Shown here one piece after another: positions 10,028 to 19,369 of a stretch of DNA of 64,000 nt. Positions within the stretch are counted from its first letter, which is position 1; the number at the start of each line of letters is the position of its first letter. The notes beneath the pieces were generated by a model. That model worked only from the letters and a program-made list of their open reading frames with translations, made no database searches and was not told where the DNA came from. The stretch covers positions 393,701-457,700 of the forward strand of contig OY969801.1 of the NCBI GenBank assembly GCA_963703225.1, given 5' to 3'. The DNA comes from Candidatus Eiseniibacteriota bacterium (GTDB taxonomy: Bacteria > Eisenbacteria > RBG-16-71-46 > SZUA-252). The translations under genes and the position numbers were made by a program.

Positions 10028-13000
10028 ATGGACGGACTTGTCCCGAAAGATCGATCGGACATTCCGCACCGAACCGTTGGGGCTCCCGGTCCCCGTGCAT
10101 CATTTGACGCGGGCGCGTACGGCGAGCACAAGGCTCAGGAGCTCGGGGATCTCTATTTCGCGGCGGACAACTACGTCGTCGCGTTGGAGTACTACCGCCG
10201 CGCTCTAGACGCGGGTCCGAGGGCCGATACCCCCGAGAACCGGGAGGACCTTCTCCGGATCGGGACCCAGATCGTCGAGTGCCTCAGGCATCGCGGCGAT
10301 CTCGCCGACGCGGTCGACTCGCTCCACGATCTCCATCGGCGCCTCCGTCCGCACGTAACTCGCGAGCAGGCGGGGCGTCTTTCGGCCAGCCTCGCGCTTC
10401 TGCTCTTCGAGCGGGGCCGCTACCGGCCCGCGCAGCGGGCGGCCACCCTCGCCTACCGGCTCCTCCGCGACACCACGCTCAACCTCGACATCGGTCGCAC
10501 CGAGATGATCTTCGGGGTCATCGCGCTCCGAACGGGTGACTGGAACGCGGCCCGCGAGTACTTCGAGAGCGCCATCGCGACCTACCGGCGCGCGGGCTAC
10601 GACGCCGGGATGGCAACGGCCTACAACAGCCTCGGCCTCCTCCACAAGAATCACTGCCGCTTCAAGGAGGCGGCCCGGTTCCTGGAGCAGGCCCTTCGGA
10701 TCGGCGAGCGCTCCGGTCTCTTTCACGATTCGGCCACCTACGTCCACAACCTCGGCATCGTCCACGAGAAGATGGGCGATTGGGATGTCGCGGAGGATCA
10801 CTACCGGCGCGGCCTTCAGATGAATACCGAGGTCGGAAATCCCGTCGGGAAGGCGAGGGCGCTCTTCTGCCTCGGAAACCTCCGCCGCAAGCGCCGCGAT
10901 TTCTCGACGGCCGAGAACCTACTTCGCCAGGCCCTCGCGCTCTCTGTGGAGCGCGGCTTCCCGCGGGAGACGGTCCTTTCCCGCGAGGGGTTGGGCGACC
11001 TCTACGCCGACCGCGACATGCTCCAAGAGGCCCGCGCCGAGTACGAAACGGGGCTGGCCATGACCGATCAGTTTGCCCCCGACTCAGACCTGACGGTCGA
11101 GCTGGTCCGGCGGCTCGGGGACGCGCAGCTTCGAATGGGCGAGATCGAGCCGGCGAGAAGGAGCGGCGAGCGAGCGCTCGCGGTCGCGCGGCGACTGGGC
11201 GATCGGATCGAAGAAGCTTGCTCGCTCCGTCTTCTGGGTCTCGCGGCCGCGGAGGCAGGGGAGTTTCCCGCGGCGCAAGAGCGTCTCGGGGAGGCGAGCC
11301 GGATTCTCCTCGCGATCGGCAAGCGCTATGAGCTGGCGCGTCTCAACATGGGCGCCGGGCTCGCCTGGCGCCGCCGGGCGCGAAAGGGGAAGTCGCGTGC
11401 CATCCTGGACGAGTCGGTTGGCTACCTGCGCCGCGCGGTGGCGGCGTACGAGAGCCTCGCGCTCCCCGCGCTGACCGCGCGCGCCCTCCTCGAGCTTTCG
11501 AGGAGCGAGCTCATGCGGGGCCTGGTCGACGAGGCCGTGCTCCACCTCGACCACGCCACGTCCATCCTCTCCCCCGAGGACGATCCTGCCCTCGCGCGCG
11601 AGATCGAGGAGTTCCGGACCGAGATCGAGAAAGGGCTGATCGAGGGGACCTCCGCCCAGAGCAACGAGTTTGCAGCGTTCGAGGAAGTCCGCAGCGTGCT
11701 GCGGGGCGGCGACGCCGAGTTGGCCGTGCAGGAGGTGTTGTCGGTGACCGCGCGCAGGGTATCGGCGGCGCGGGGCTGCGTGGCGGCACCGGCGGTCCAC
11801 GGCGGGATCGAGGTTGTCGCCTCGGTCGGCATGTCCTTCCGCGTGGCGCAGGACCTTCTGAGCGAGATGGAGCGCCGCATCGGCTCGGCCCGCCTGGCAT
11901 CGGCGCCGGTCGTGAGCAGCCGCGCGGGAGCCGACGGGCGATTCCGCGACATGCCGGGGATGACCCATTTGAGCCCTAGGACCAGCATCGCCATCATGCC
12001 GCTCTCGCTGCCCTCCGGACTTCCCGGGTACCTCTACCTCGATCGTCCCGAGGAGGGGCCGCTGGGCCCGTTCAAACAGCGGGAGATCAACTTGATCGCG
12101 GTGCTCGCGAATCACGTCGCGGTGGCCATCCTCGAGCTGCAAAGGCAGCGCCTGGCGCGCGAGAACACGGCGCTTCGGGGCCGTCTCCTTGGCTCCGCCA
12201 ACGATCATGGCATCGTGACGAGAAGCCCGGAGCTGCTCGAGATCCTCTCGCTCCTGGAGCGGGTCGGGCCGAGCGACGCCACCATCCTGATCGAGGGCGA
12301 GACGGGGAGCGGCAAGGGGCTCCTCGCGCGCGCGATCCACGCCTCCAGCGCCCGCGCCACCAAGCCGCTGATTCAGGTCAACTGCGCCGCGCTGCCCGAG
12401 CAGCTCCTCGAGAGCGAGCTTTTTGGGCACGTGCAGGGCGCCTTTACCGGAGCGGTGCGCGAGAAGGTCGGTCTTTTCGTGGAGGCCAGCGGCGGCACGC
12501 TCTTCCTGGACGAGGTCGACAAGACCACGATCACGATCCAAGGAAAGCTTCTCCAAGTCCTCGACAACCGCGAGGTGCGGCCGGTCGGAGGGAACAAATC
12601 GACCAAGGTGGACGTCCGCGTGGTCTGCGCGACGAACGTCAATCTCAAGGCAAAGATCGCGCGCGGCGAGTTCCTCGAGGATCTCTACTACCGGCTCAAC
12701 GACATCTGCTTCCGGGTCCCGCCGCTTCGGGAGCGGCCGGAAGATGTGCCGCCCCTCGTCGAGCACTACAGCCGCCGGTTCGCGGCCGAGATGGGCAAGG
12801 AAATCCGGGGCGTGGATCAGGACCTGATCGCGGTCCTCGCCGGGCTCCATTGGCGGGGCAACGTTCGCGAGCTGGAAAAGGTCGTGAAGCGCCTTGTGGT
12901 CATGGCGAATGACGGCGATACGCTTTCGATGGAGCTTCTGCCGCGCGACCTCCTCAAGCCAGAGAACGAAAACGGCGACTCCCCGTCCACGTTGAGGGCC

Positions 13001-13165
13001 GAGGTTGCCAAGGTGGAGCGGCGGCTCATCTCACAGGCGCTGGAGCGCCACAACTGGAACAAGCTCCAGGCCGCCAAGGAGCTCTCGCTCTCCTACCCGA
13101 CCCTCCTTCAGAAGATCAAGCTCTTCCGCCTCGACCGAAGGCTTCAACCCCGGCAAAAGGCTTAA
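10028..13165 (+). CDS. TPR-GAF-AAA+ sigma54-dependent transcriptional activator (bEBP) with Fis-type HTH
   Basis: About 550 aa of TPR repeats (AYNSLGLLH, VHNLGIVH, LFCLGNLR), GAF-like region (GYLYLD...IAVLANHVAVAI), GETGSGK, GAFTGA, LFLDEV, YRLND, HTH NKLQAAKELSLSYPTL. Confidence 0.92.
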   Translation: MDGLVPKDRSDIPHRTVGAPGPRASFDAGAYGEHKAQELGDLYFAADNYVVALEYYRRALDAGPRADTPENREDLLRIGTQIVECLRHRGDLADAVDSLHDLHRRLRPHVTREQAGRLSASLALLLFERGRYRPAQRAATLAYRLLRDTTLNLDIGRTEMIFGVIALRTGDWNAAREYFESAIATYRRAGYDAGMATAYNSLGLLHKNHCRFKEAARFLEQALRIGERSGLFHDSATYVHNLGIVHEKMGDWDVAEDHYRRGLQMNTEVGNPVGKARALFCLGNLRRKRRDFSTAENLLRQALALSVERGFPRETVLSREGLGDLYADRDMLQEARAEYETGLAMTDQFAPDSDLTVELVRRLGDAQLRMGEIEPARRSGERALAVARRLGDRIEEACSLRLLGLAAAEAGEFPAAQERLGEASRILLAIGKRYELARLNMGAGLAWRRRARKGKSRAILDESVGYLRRAVAAYESLALPALTARALLELSRSELMRGLVDEAVLHLDHATSILSPEDDPALAREIEEFRTEIEKGLIEGTSAQSNEFAAFEEVRSVLRGGDAELAVQEVLSVTARRVSAARGCVAAPAVHGGIEVVASVGMSFRVAQDLLSEMERRIGSARLASAPVVSSRAGADGRFRDMPGMTHLSPRTSIAIMPLSLPSGLPGYLYLDRPEEGPLGPFKQREINLIAVLANHVAVAILELQRQRLARENTALRGRLLGSANDHGIVTRSPELLEILSLLERVGPSDATILIEGETGSGKGLLARAIHASSARATKPLIQVNCAALPEQLLESELFGHVQGAFTGAVREKVGLFVEASGGTLFLDEVDKTTITIQGKLLQVLDNREVRPVGGNKSTKVDVRVVCATNVNLKAKIARGEFLEDLYYRLNDICFRVPPLRERPEDVPPLVEHYSRRFAAEMGKEIRGVDQDLIAVLAGLHWRGNVRELEKVVKRLVVMANDGDTLSMELLPRDLLKPENENGDSPSTLRAEVAKVERRLISQALERHNWNKLQAAKELSLSYPTLLQKIKLFRLDRRLQPRQKA

Positions 13166-13193
13166 AAGTAGCTATTAAGTTTGTTAATAGTCG

Positions 13194-13218
13194 TAAGTGG
13201 TTGGGGTTTGGCCGCTTA
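13194..13218. promoter_or_regulatory. Imperfect palindrome TAAGTGG-N11-CCGCTTA (candidate IHF or activator site)
   Basis: Inverted repeat in an AT-rich patch upstream of a sigma54 promoter. Confidence 0.4.
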
Positions 13219-13310
13219 TCCACCCTCTTCAATTTCGTTATCAATTATCAATCCAAAATCACGCAGCTTCGCCCCTCCCGCATCACGCCAAGCCGCCTTC
13301 GGATCGACCT

Positions 13311-13340
13311 TGTAAGATGCTGATTTTAATGAGTGTTACA
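13311..13340. promoter_or_regulatory. TGTAA-N20-TTACA palindrome (candidate IHF or UAS site)
   Basis: TGTAAGATGCTGATTTTAATGAGTGTTACA about 40 nt upstream of the -24 element. Confidence 0.45.
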
Positions 13341-13376
13341 ACCTCATTACGATCAATATTGAGGCGGCCCGAAACG

Positions 13377-13392
13377 TGGCATGCGAGATGCA
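13377..13392 (+). promoter_or_regulatory. Sigma54 (-24/-12) promoter 1
   Basis: TGGCATGCGAGATGCA = GG-N10-GC with TGGCA at -24. Confidence 0.7.
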
Positions 13393-13402
13393 ATGAACAA
13401 GT

Positions 13403-13540
13403 CAGCGGAGGGGGGGACCTCCAAAGAGCCCGCAGGCCTCGCCAGCGTTAGGCCATGGGTTAGCCGCCAATTCGAGCACCGGCCTCGGAAAACGCGGTGT
13501 AACCTGAAGAGAGCTGGCAAGGCCGGGGCTCAATTTTTTG
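13403..13540 (+). ncRNA. Candidate sigma54-dependent small RNA (about 135 nt)
   Basis: Starts about 12 nt after the -12 GC. 5' hairpin GGAGG/CCTCC, then a long interrupted stem: GAGCCC/GGGCTC, GGCCT/AGGCC, GCCAGC/GCTGGC, GGTT/AACC, GCACCG/CGGTGT. Followed directly by TTTTTT; no credible ORF. Confidence 0.55.
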
Positions 13541-13774
13541 CCTCGTTCGTTCCTTCCGTAGATCCCTCGATTTCTCGGTCCACCACCCGCCTCTCGTTCT
13601 CGCTCATACGACCCGCCTCTTGTTCTCGCTCACTCCACCCGGCTTTTCCGGATGACTCGCCGCTCTCCCTCGGAGCGCGCTCGCGCCTCCACCGCCAGCC
13701 CCACCGCTGTAGCGCGCCAGTCACAGTGTCCCAGATACGACGCCAAATCCCCACTCCAGGGCCATCGACACCCA

Positions 13775-13807
13775 CTGCAATAAGCAACTGCCCTGCAATA
13801 AGTTACA
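13775..13807. promoter_or_regulatory. CTGCAATAAG direct repeat / TAA-N19-TTA element (candidate IHF or UAS site)
   Basis: CTGCAATAAG at 13775 and 13793, about 30 nt upstream of sigma54 promoter 2. Confidence 0.45.
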
Positions 13808-13832
13808 AGCCAAGAGATAGCCGGCCAATCCG

Positions 13833-13847
13833 TGGCATGACGCTTGC
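13833..13847 (+). promoter_or_regulatory. Sigma54 (-24/-12) promoter 2
   Basis: TGGCATGACGCTTGC, near-consensus TGGCACG-N4-TTGC, upstream of RBS GGAGG and the GTG at 13930. Confidence 0.8.
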
Positions 13848-13929
13848 GGTTCGAGTCTGTGGCGGCTGGGGAATCGCCTGCCGCGACAGACAAGATCGGA
13901 AGCGGACAAACCGGAAGGAGGTGGGCTAC

Positions 13930-14697
13930 GTGATCCGGATGTGGGGTAGAGTGCTCGCCGTCGCGGGCCTGCTCGGGGCCGCGGGATGCCATGACAACAA
14001 CACGATCGTCGCGCCTGATCCGCCGCCATTCACGGTGGAGGGCGTCCGGAGCGTCACGGGTGACGGGCTGGTCACCGTTTCCTGGCGCGGCAATCAGGAG
14101 ACCGACATTGACTACTACAAGGTCTATCGCAATTTCGCGCCGACCGGCACGTTCACGCTGATCGGGACGACAGCCGATATTCGCTACGAGGACCGGAACG
14201 TGGCCAACGGGACCACCTATTTCTACGCGGTGGCCGCGGTCGATCGGGCAGGCCAGGAGAGCCCGGACCTGAGCTATGAGAACGTATTCGACACACCTCG
14301 TCCCGAGGGCGTCGACGTCACGCTCTCGAACGCCGACGTCAATGACGTCGTCAGCGGATGGGATTTCTCAGCCTACACTCGCCGAGCCTCGGCCGACCCC
14401 AACACGGACATCTTCTATGCCGCGTCGGGCGGGCACTTCCTCGTCTACACGCCGGTCGACACGCGCATCCAGGACGCCGGATTCGTCGCCCTCCGGGACG
14501 TCGACTACGCTCCACCCTCCGGTTGGTCCGCCGACGGCGTGGTGGAGGCGATTCCGGGACACAGCTACATCGTGCTGACGCGAGACAATCACTACGCCAA
14601 ATTCGAGGTGGTCGCTCGAGACGACGCCGGCATGAACATGGACTGGGCCTATCAGATCGACGTCGACAATCCCGAGCTCGCGAGGCCGCTCCCATGA
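13930..14697 (+). CDS. Lipoprotein with fibronectin type III-like domain
   Basis: RBS GAAGGAGG; lipobox LLGAAGC; GDGLVTVSW...YKVYR...NGTTYFYAVAAVD...ES. Confidence 0.85.
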   Translation: MIRMWGRVLAVAGLLGAAGCHDNNTIVAPDPPPFTVEGVRSVTGDGLVTVSWRGNQETDIDYYKVYRNFAPTGTFTLIGTTADIRYEDRNVANGTTYFYAVAAVDRAGQESPDLSYENVFDTPRPEGVDVTLSNADVNDVVSGWDFSAYTRRASADPNTDIFYAASGGHFLVYTPVDTRIQDAGFVALRDVDYAPPSGWSADGVVEAIPGHSYIVLTRDNHYAKFEVVARDDAGMNMDWAYQIDVDNPELARPLP

Positions 14698-16004
14698 AGC
14701 GGTTCCCGCCCACCGCCCTGGCGCCGCTCGCGCTGGCCCTCCTGATCATTGGGGGGCCGGCGCGCGCCGTGACCCAGGTGCCAGCGGGAGGAGCGCCTTC
14801 CGGGGAGAAGCTCACGGTCGATGTCTGGATCAACAAGGAAGAGGGCGGCGTCTACCGACCCGGGGAAAGCATGCGTGTCTTTTTCCGGACCAGCGCGGAC
14901 GCCTATGTGCTCGTCTACAACATCGACACGGACGGATACATCCACCTGGTCTATCCGTACGGACCGGCCGATCAAGTTCGCGTCGAGGGGGGCCGCACCT
15001 ACATCATTCCGGCGCGGCACGATCCCTACGAGCTGGTCGCCGATGGGCCTTCGGGCATGGAGTTCGTGGTCGCCGTGGCCAGCCGCCTCCCGTTCCACGA
15101 TCTCCCGTGGTATCTGACGAGCGGCGCGCCCGAAGGAGAGGGAGATCACGGCGGGGGCGCCGACGACGAATTGGATTCAGGCGTCATCGTCGGAGATCCC
15201 TACGTGGGGATGGAGCGCCTCAACAAGCGGATCATTCCGCCCGGCGGCGAATCCGAGGCGGACGTCGGCGATATCTACTTCTACATCGACAAGCGGGTCG
15301 AGTATCCACGCTATGTTTGCGCCGACTGCCACTACTCTTCGTTCGGGTTCGATCCCTATCTCAGCGTCTGCCCGGTAGTCGACATCCGGATCGACGCGAC
15401 ATGGGTGCGCTACGCGCCGGTCCGCGTCGGAGTGGCGCGACCGCGCTACTACTATTGGGTGCGGTCGGGAGCGCCCGACCGCTACCGCGCCTGGAAGGAG
15501 CGCTGGTCCTCCATCGACGGAGGGACGACGCTGCGGTCCCGGTTCGTCGTCGAGCCGAACAGTCGCTCCATCAAGACACGCGATCTCAAGGCGCGGCGCG
15601 AGCCGCCGGAGTTCAAGGACCTGAGACGAACCCGCCCCGGCCGGCTCTGGCAGGGACGCGATGAGGTGCTTCGTCTCTGGGAGCAGCAAAAGGGCGACGT
15701 GCGCGACAAGCCGTCCGCCTCCCAGGGAGCCCGATCGGGGAAGGACCGACCGCGAGCCGAACAGCCCGCGCCGGACCAGGGGAAGTCGGTTGAGGGGAAG
15801 AAGAATCAGGACCAGGGTGGCGAGCGCGAACGCGGCAAGGTCCGCGACGACGGGGGAAAGGGTCAGAACCGCGACAAGGGTCAAGAACGCGACAAAGGCC
15901 AGGATCGCGACAAAGGCCAGGATCGCGACAAGGGCCAAAACCGGAGCCACGACCCGGCCCCTCCGCCCAAGTCCGACGCCGAGCACAGGGAGCGCACGCG
16001 CTAG
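14694..16004 (+). CDS. DUF4384-domain exported protein with CxxCH motif and charged repetitive tail
   Basis: ATGA overlap; signal peptide; VYRPGESMRVFFRTSADAYVLVYNIDTDGYIHLVYP; YVCADCH. Confidence 0.8.
   Translation: MKRFPPTALAPLALALLIIGGPARAVTQVPAGGAPSGEKLTVDVWINKEEGGVYRPGESMRVFFRTSADAYVLVYNIDTDGYIHLVYPYGPADQVRVEGGRTYIIPARHDPYELVADGPSGMEFVVAVASRLPFHDLPWYLTSGAPEGEGDHGGGADDELDSGVIVGDPYVGMERLNKRIIPPGGESEADVGDIYFYIDKRVEYPRYVCADCHYSSFGFDPYLSVCPVVDIRIDATWVRYAPVRVGVARPRYYYWVRSGAPDRYRAWKERWSSIDGGTTLRSRFVVEPNSRSIKTRDLKARREPPEFKDLRRTRPGRLWQGRDEVLRLWEQQKGDVRDKPSASQGARSGKDRPRAEQPAPDQGKSVEGKKNQDQGGERERGKVRDDGGKGQNRDKGQERDKGQDRDKGQDRDKGQNRSHDPAPPPKSDAEHRERTR
15858..15944 (+). repeat. Coding 18-bp tandem repeat (about 5 units, KGQ[NED]RD)
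   Basis: aagggtcagaaccgcgac / aagggtcaagaacgcgac / aaaggccaggatcgcgac x2 / aagggccaaaaccgg. Confidence 0.85.
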
Positions 16005-16066
16005 ATAAGACAGATACCGAGGGGCGCAGGTTGACCGCCCCTCGCCGGGACCGGTAAACTCTTCCA

Positions 16067-19000
16067 GTGCGATCCGTCCCGCCCGGCCGGAGTCTGCTCC
16101 TCCCGGCTTTCCTTTTTCTAATCCTCTTCCTTCTCCTCATCGGGACATCCGCTTTGGGGTCCCCGCCTGTCCCCGGGAAGAAGGGCCCGCAGGCGCCCCG
16201 CTACGAGCACGCGGCGACGGCAACCGCGACACAGCCCCCTCCCATCTTCCGCCCCCAGGGGGCGGGCCGCGCCCCGCTCCTCGGCGCCCAGACCTATACG
16301 GTCCTGGCCGTCCGCGTGGCGTTCAGCGATACGCCGATCGACTCCTCGACGGCGTATTACGACCGGCTGCTCCTCTTTCTGAGCCAATACTGGGATCAGG
16401 CTTCGGACGGGCAAGTCACGCTCAACACCACCCTCTGGGATTCGGTATTCACGCTTCCCCGACCGATGGCCTATTACGGCGACGATGATCACTTCCAAGA
16501 GCGCCTGGTCTTCATGGTTCGGGACCTGGTTGCCCTGGCCGATACGACCGTCAACTTCAGCCAGTACCAGAGCCTCTACATCTTCCACGCGGGGGCGGGG
16601 CAGGAAGCGGACGTCTTCGACAACAGCAGGGAGCAGATCTGGTCGGCGTTCGTCACGCCGGATGACTTCGCGCAGGTCTTGCCCGATTCGGCCGGCGCCG
16701 TGGGCATCAAGACCAACGATCAGACGAGCCCCGGCGTCTTCTATCGTGTCTCGCAAGCGGTCGAGGCGCCGGAGCTGGAGAGCCAGGATGGGTACGAATT
16801 CGGGCTCACCGGAGTCACCTGCCATGAGTTCGGCCACCAGCTGGGGCGGCTGCGAGGACAGCCCTCGATGCCCGATCTCTACGACACGACGCCGGACGAT
16901 GGCGGCTTCAATCAGGGGCTTGGATCGTGGGACATCATGGCCGGCGGGGTCTGGAACGCGAATGGATTCGTTCCCGCGGGCATCAGCGCGTGGACGCGCT
17001 ACTGGATGGGCTTCATCGCCCCGGCTCAGGTGATCGCCACGGGCCCGCAGACGGTCTCCGAGCTGGAGCGTCAGGTGACCGCCGATCCGCGGATTCTCCA
17101 GATTCCCATCACGCAGTCGGAATACTTTCTCATCGAGAATCGGCAGCGCGACCTGGACCGAAACGGGAAGTTCACGTTCGACGACACGAACGGCGACGGC
17201 TGCTTTGACTTCTACACCGACAGCTACGCCGGCGCGGAGTTCGACTTCTTTCTGCCCGCGATCCTGACACCGCCGGGAGCGGGGTGCGACGCGGGCAGCT
17301 ACGTCAGCGGATCGGGCATCGTGATCTACCACGTCGACGACGCCAAGATCCAGGCGGGCCTCTCCAACAACGTCGTGGAAGGGGACACGCAGCGAAAGGG
17401 GATCGACGTTGTCGAGGCGGACGGGATCGAGGACCTCGACGGGCCGCCGTCGAGCGCCGCCGGCGGGAGTCCCTATGACGTCTATCGAGCGCGGATACAA
17501 GGACCAGTTCACACCAAACACGGTCCCCTCGACCGCCGCTTATGGAAACGTCAGGACTGGAATTTCGGTGACCCACATCAGCGCGGCCGACAGCGTGATG
17601 ACGATGGACGTCACGATCGATCGGACCCGTCCGGGGTGGCCCAAGGTGCTGACGGGCCGGATTCGGAACGCGCCCAGCGTCGCCGCCGACCTGGACGGGA
17701 ACGGCTCGCTGGAGCTGATCGTGCCGGTGCAGAGGCTCAACAACACCGGGGCGATCTACGTCTTCGAGCCCGATGGGACCGACTTTCTGGACGGCGATGC
17801 GATCCCGACTCCGTTCGCCGTGACCACGTCCGCGCCCACGTCCAGCCCGTGCGTCGGCGACATCGACGGCGTGCCGGGGCCCGAGATCGTGTTCCAGACG
17901 TTGAACGGCGCGATCTACGCGTACCACACGAACGCCACCGAGGTGCTCGATGGGGATGGCAACCCCCTCACGGACGGCGTGCTGGTGGGACAGACCGTCT
18001 TCGGTGGGGACCGCGCCCAGCCGATCCTCGTCGATTTGGACGGCGACGGCGCCCTCGACATCGTCACTGGGTCGAACGCCACCGGGGCGCAGCTCGGCGC
18101 CTCGACGCTTCGCGTCGTCAGCATTTCGGGCGGCGCGCGCCGCCTCTTCAGCCTGCCCATGGCCGGGTCGACCGAGGGCCCGCCGGCCGCGGCCGATTTG
18201 GACGGCGACGGTCTGCCCGAAGTGATCATCCCGAACGTGATCACGATTGAAGAGGACAACGCCGCCAACGGGCTCTCCATCGCGAATTGGGACATCTTGA
18301 ACGACGGCACGCTGATCAAGACCCCCAATATCTTCATGGCCCTGCCGGGCGGACCTTTCTCGGCCCCGGTCATGGCGGACGTCGATCGAGACGGGCATTT
18401 CGACGTCATGGTCGCGGATGTCTCGGGCGCGTTCCACGCGTTCCAGCTCCGCCTCTCCCCGCGCCCCGTCGGCGAGCCCCCGAATCTCTACGTCCAAGTT
18501 TCCGAGGTCGCCGGGTGGCCCGCGTCTCCGGGAGGGCCGGGGCGGATTTCCGAGGTCTCGCTGGGAGATCTCGAGCAGGACGGCTATCCCGAGCTGCTCC
18601 ACACCGGGAACGACGTGAAGGTCGCGGCGCTTCACTACAACGGCGCGCCGCGGTCCGGGTACCCGATCAAGGCCGCGGCGGCCTACGCCGACGCCGATAC
18701 GGCGGGATTCTGGCCCCCCCTCGTCGCCGACGTCGACGGCGACGGCGTCCGCGACGTCATCGCGATCCTCCCCGATGGTCGCCGGCCGGCCTTCCGCGCC
18801 GATGGCGCCCCCATCAAGGATTTCGTCGAGTTGGGCAGCACCGGTGCCAACGCGCCCCCGATGCTCCTCGACCTCGACAACAATGGGACCGCCGAGTGGG
18901 TCGAGACGTTCGATACGTCGCCCACGCAGGCCTCGATCACGGTCCGGGACACCCCCATCCCCGTGGCGGCGGGGACGGTCGCCTGGGGCCAATACCGAAA

Positions 19001-19349
19001 TACCGCGACCCGGAACGCGGTCCTGGCGACAGGGCCCGCGGGGACCGCCGGGGGGACCCAAAACCTGTCCGCGGTGTATGGTTATCCAAACCCCTCTCGA
19101 ACGGGGACCACGACCATCCACTACCGGCTCGTCGAGGCGGCGACGTCGGTTTCGATCCGCATCCTCGATCCCACCGGGACCACGGTCGCCGATCTGCCGC
19201 CCGGCGCGGGCGGCCTGGCCGGCGCCGCCGAGCATGCCGTCCCCTGGGACAACCGGTCCGTCGCGAGCGGGGTCTATCTCTGCCGCGTCGAAGTCCGGTC
19301 GAGCCGGGGTACCGAAGTTCAGTTCGCGAGACTGGCCGTGGTCCGATGA
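16067..19349 (+). CDS. M6 (immune inhibitor A-like) metalloprotease with FG-GAP repeats and T9SS-type CTD (frameshift near 17490)
   Basis: IFHAGAG, CHEFGHQLG, PDLY, WDIMAGG, EYFLIENRQ; after the frameshift, repeated ADLDGDG motifs and YGYPNP...WDNRSVASGVYLCRVEV...LAVVR. Confidence 0.85.
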
Positions 19350-19369
19350 GCGGCCCTAAGGAGAATTCA

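Noticed and set aside
13381-13929. 183-aa N-terminal extension of ORF 13381..14697
   Set aside because: It overlaps two sigma54 promoters and the structured RNA and is not protein-like. The real start is the GTG at 13930, with RBS and lipoprotein signal.
15858-15944. Tandem repeat as a possible CRISPR array
   Set aside because: No spacers; an in-frame 18-bp coding repeat with synonymous variation.
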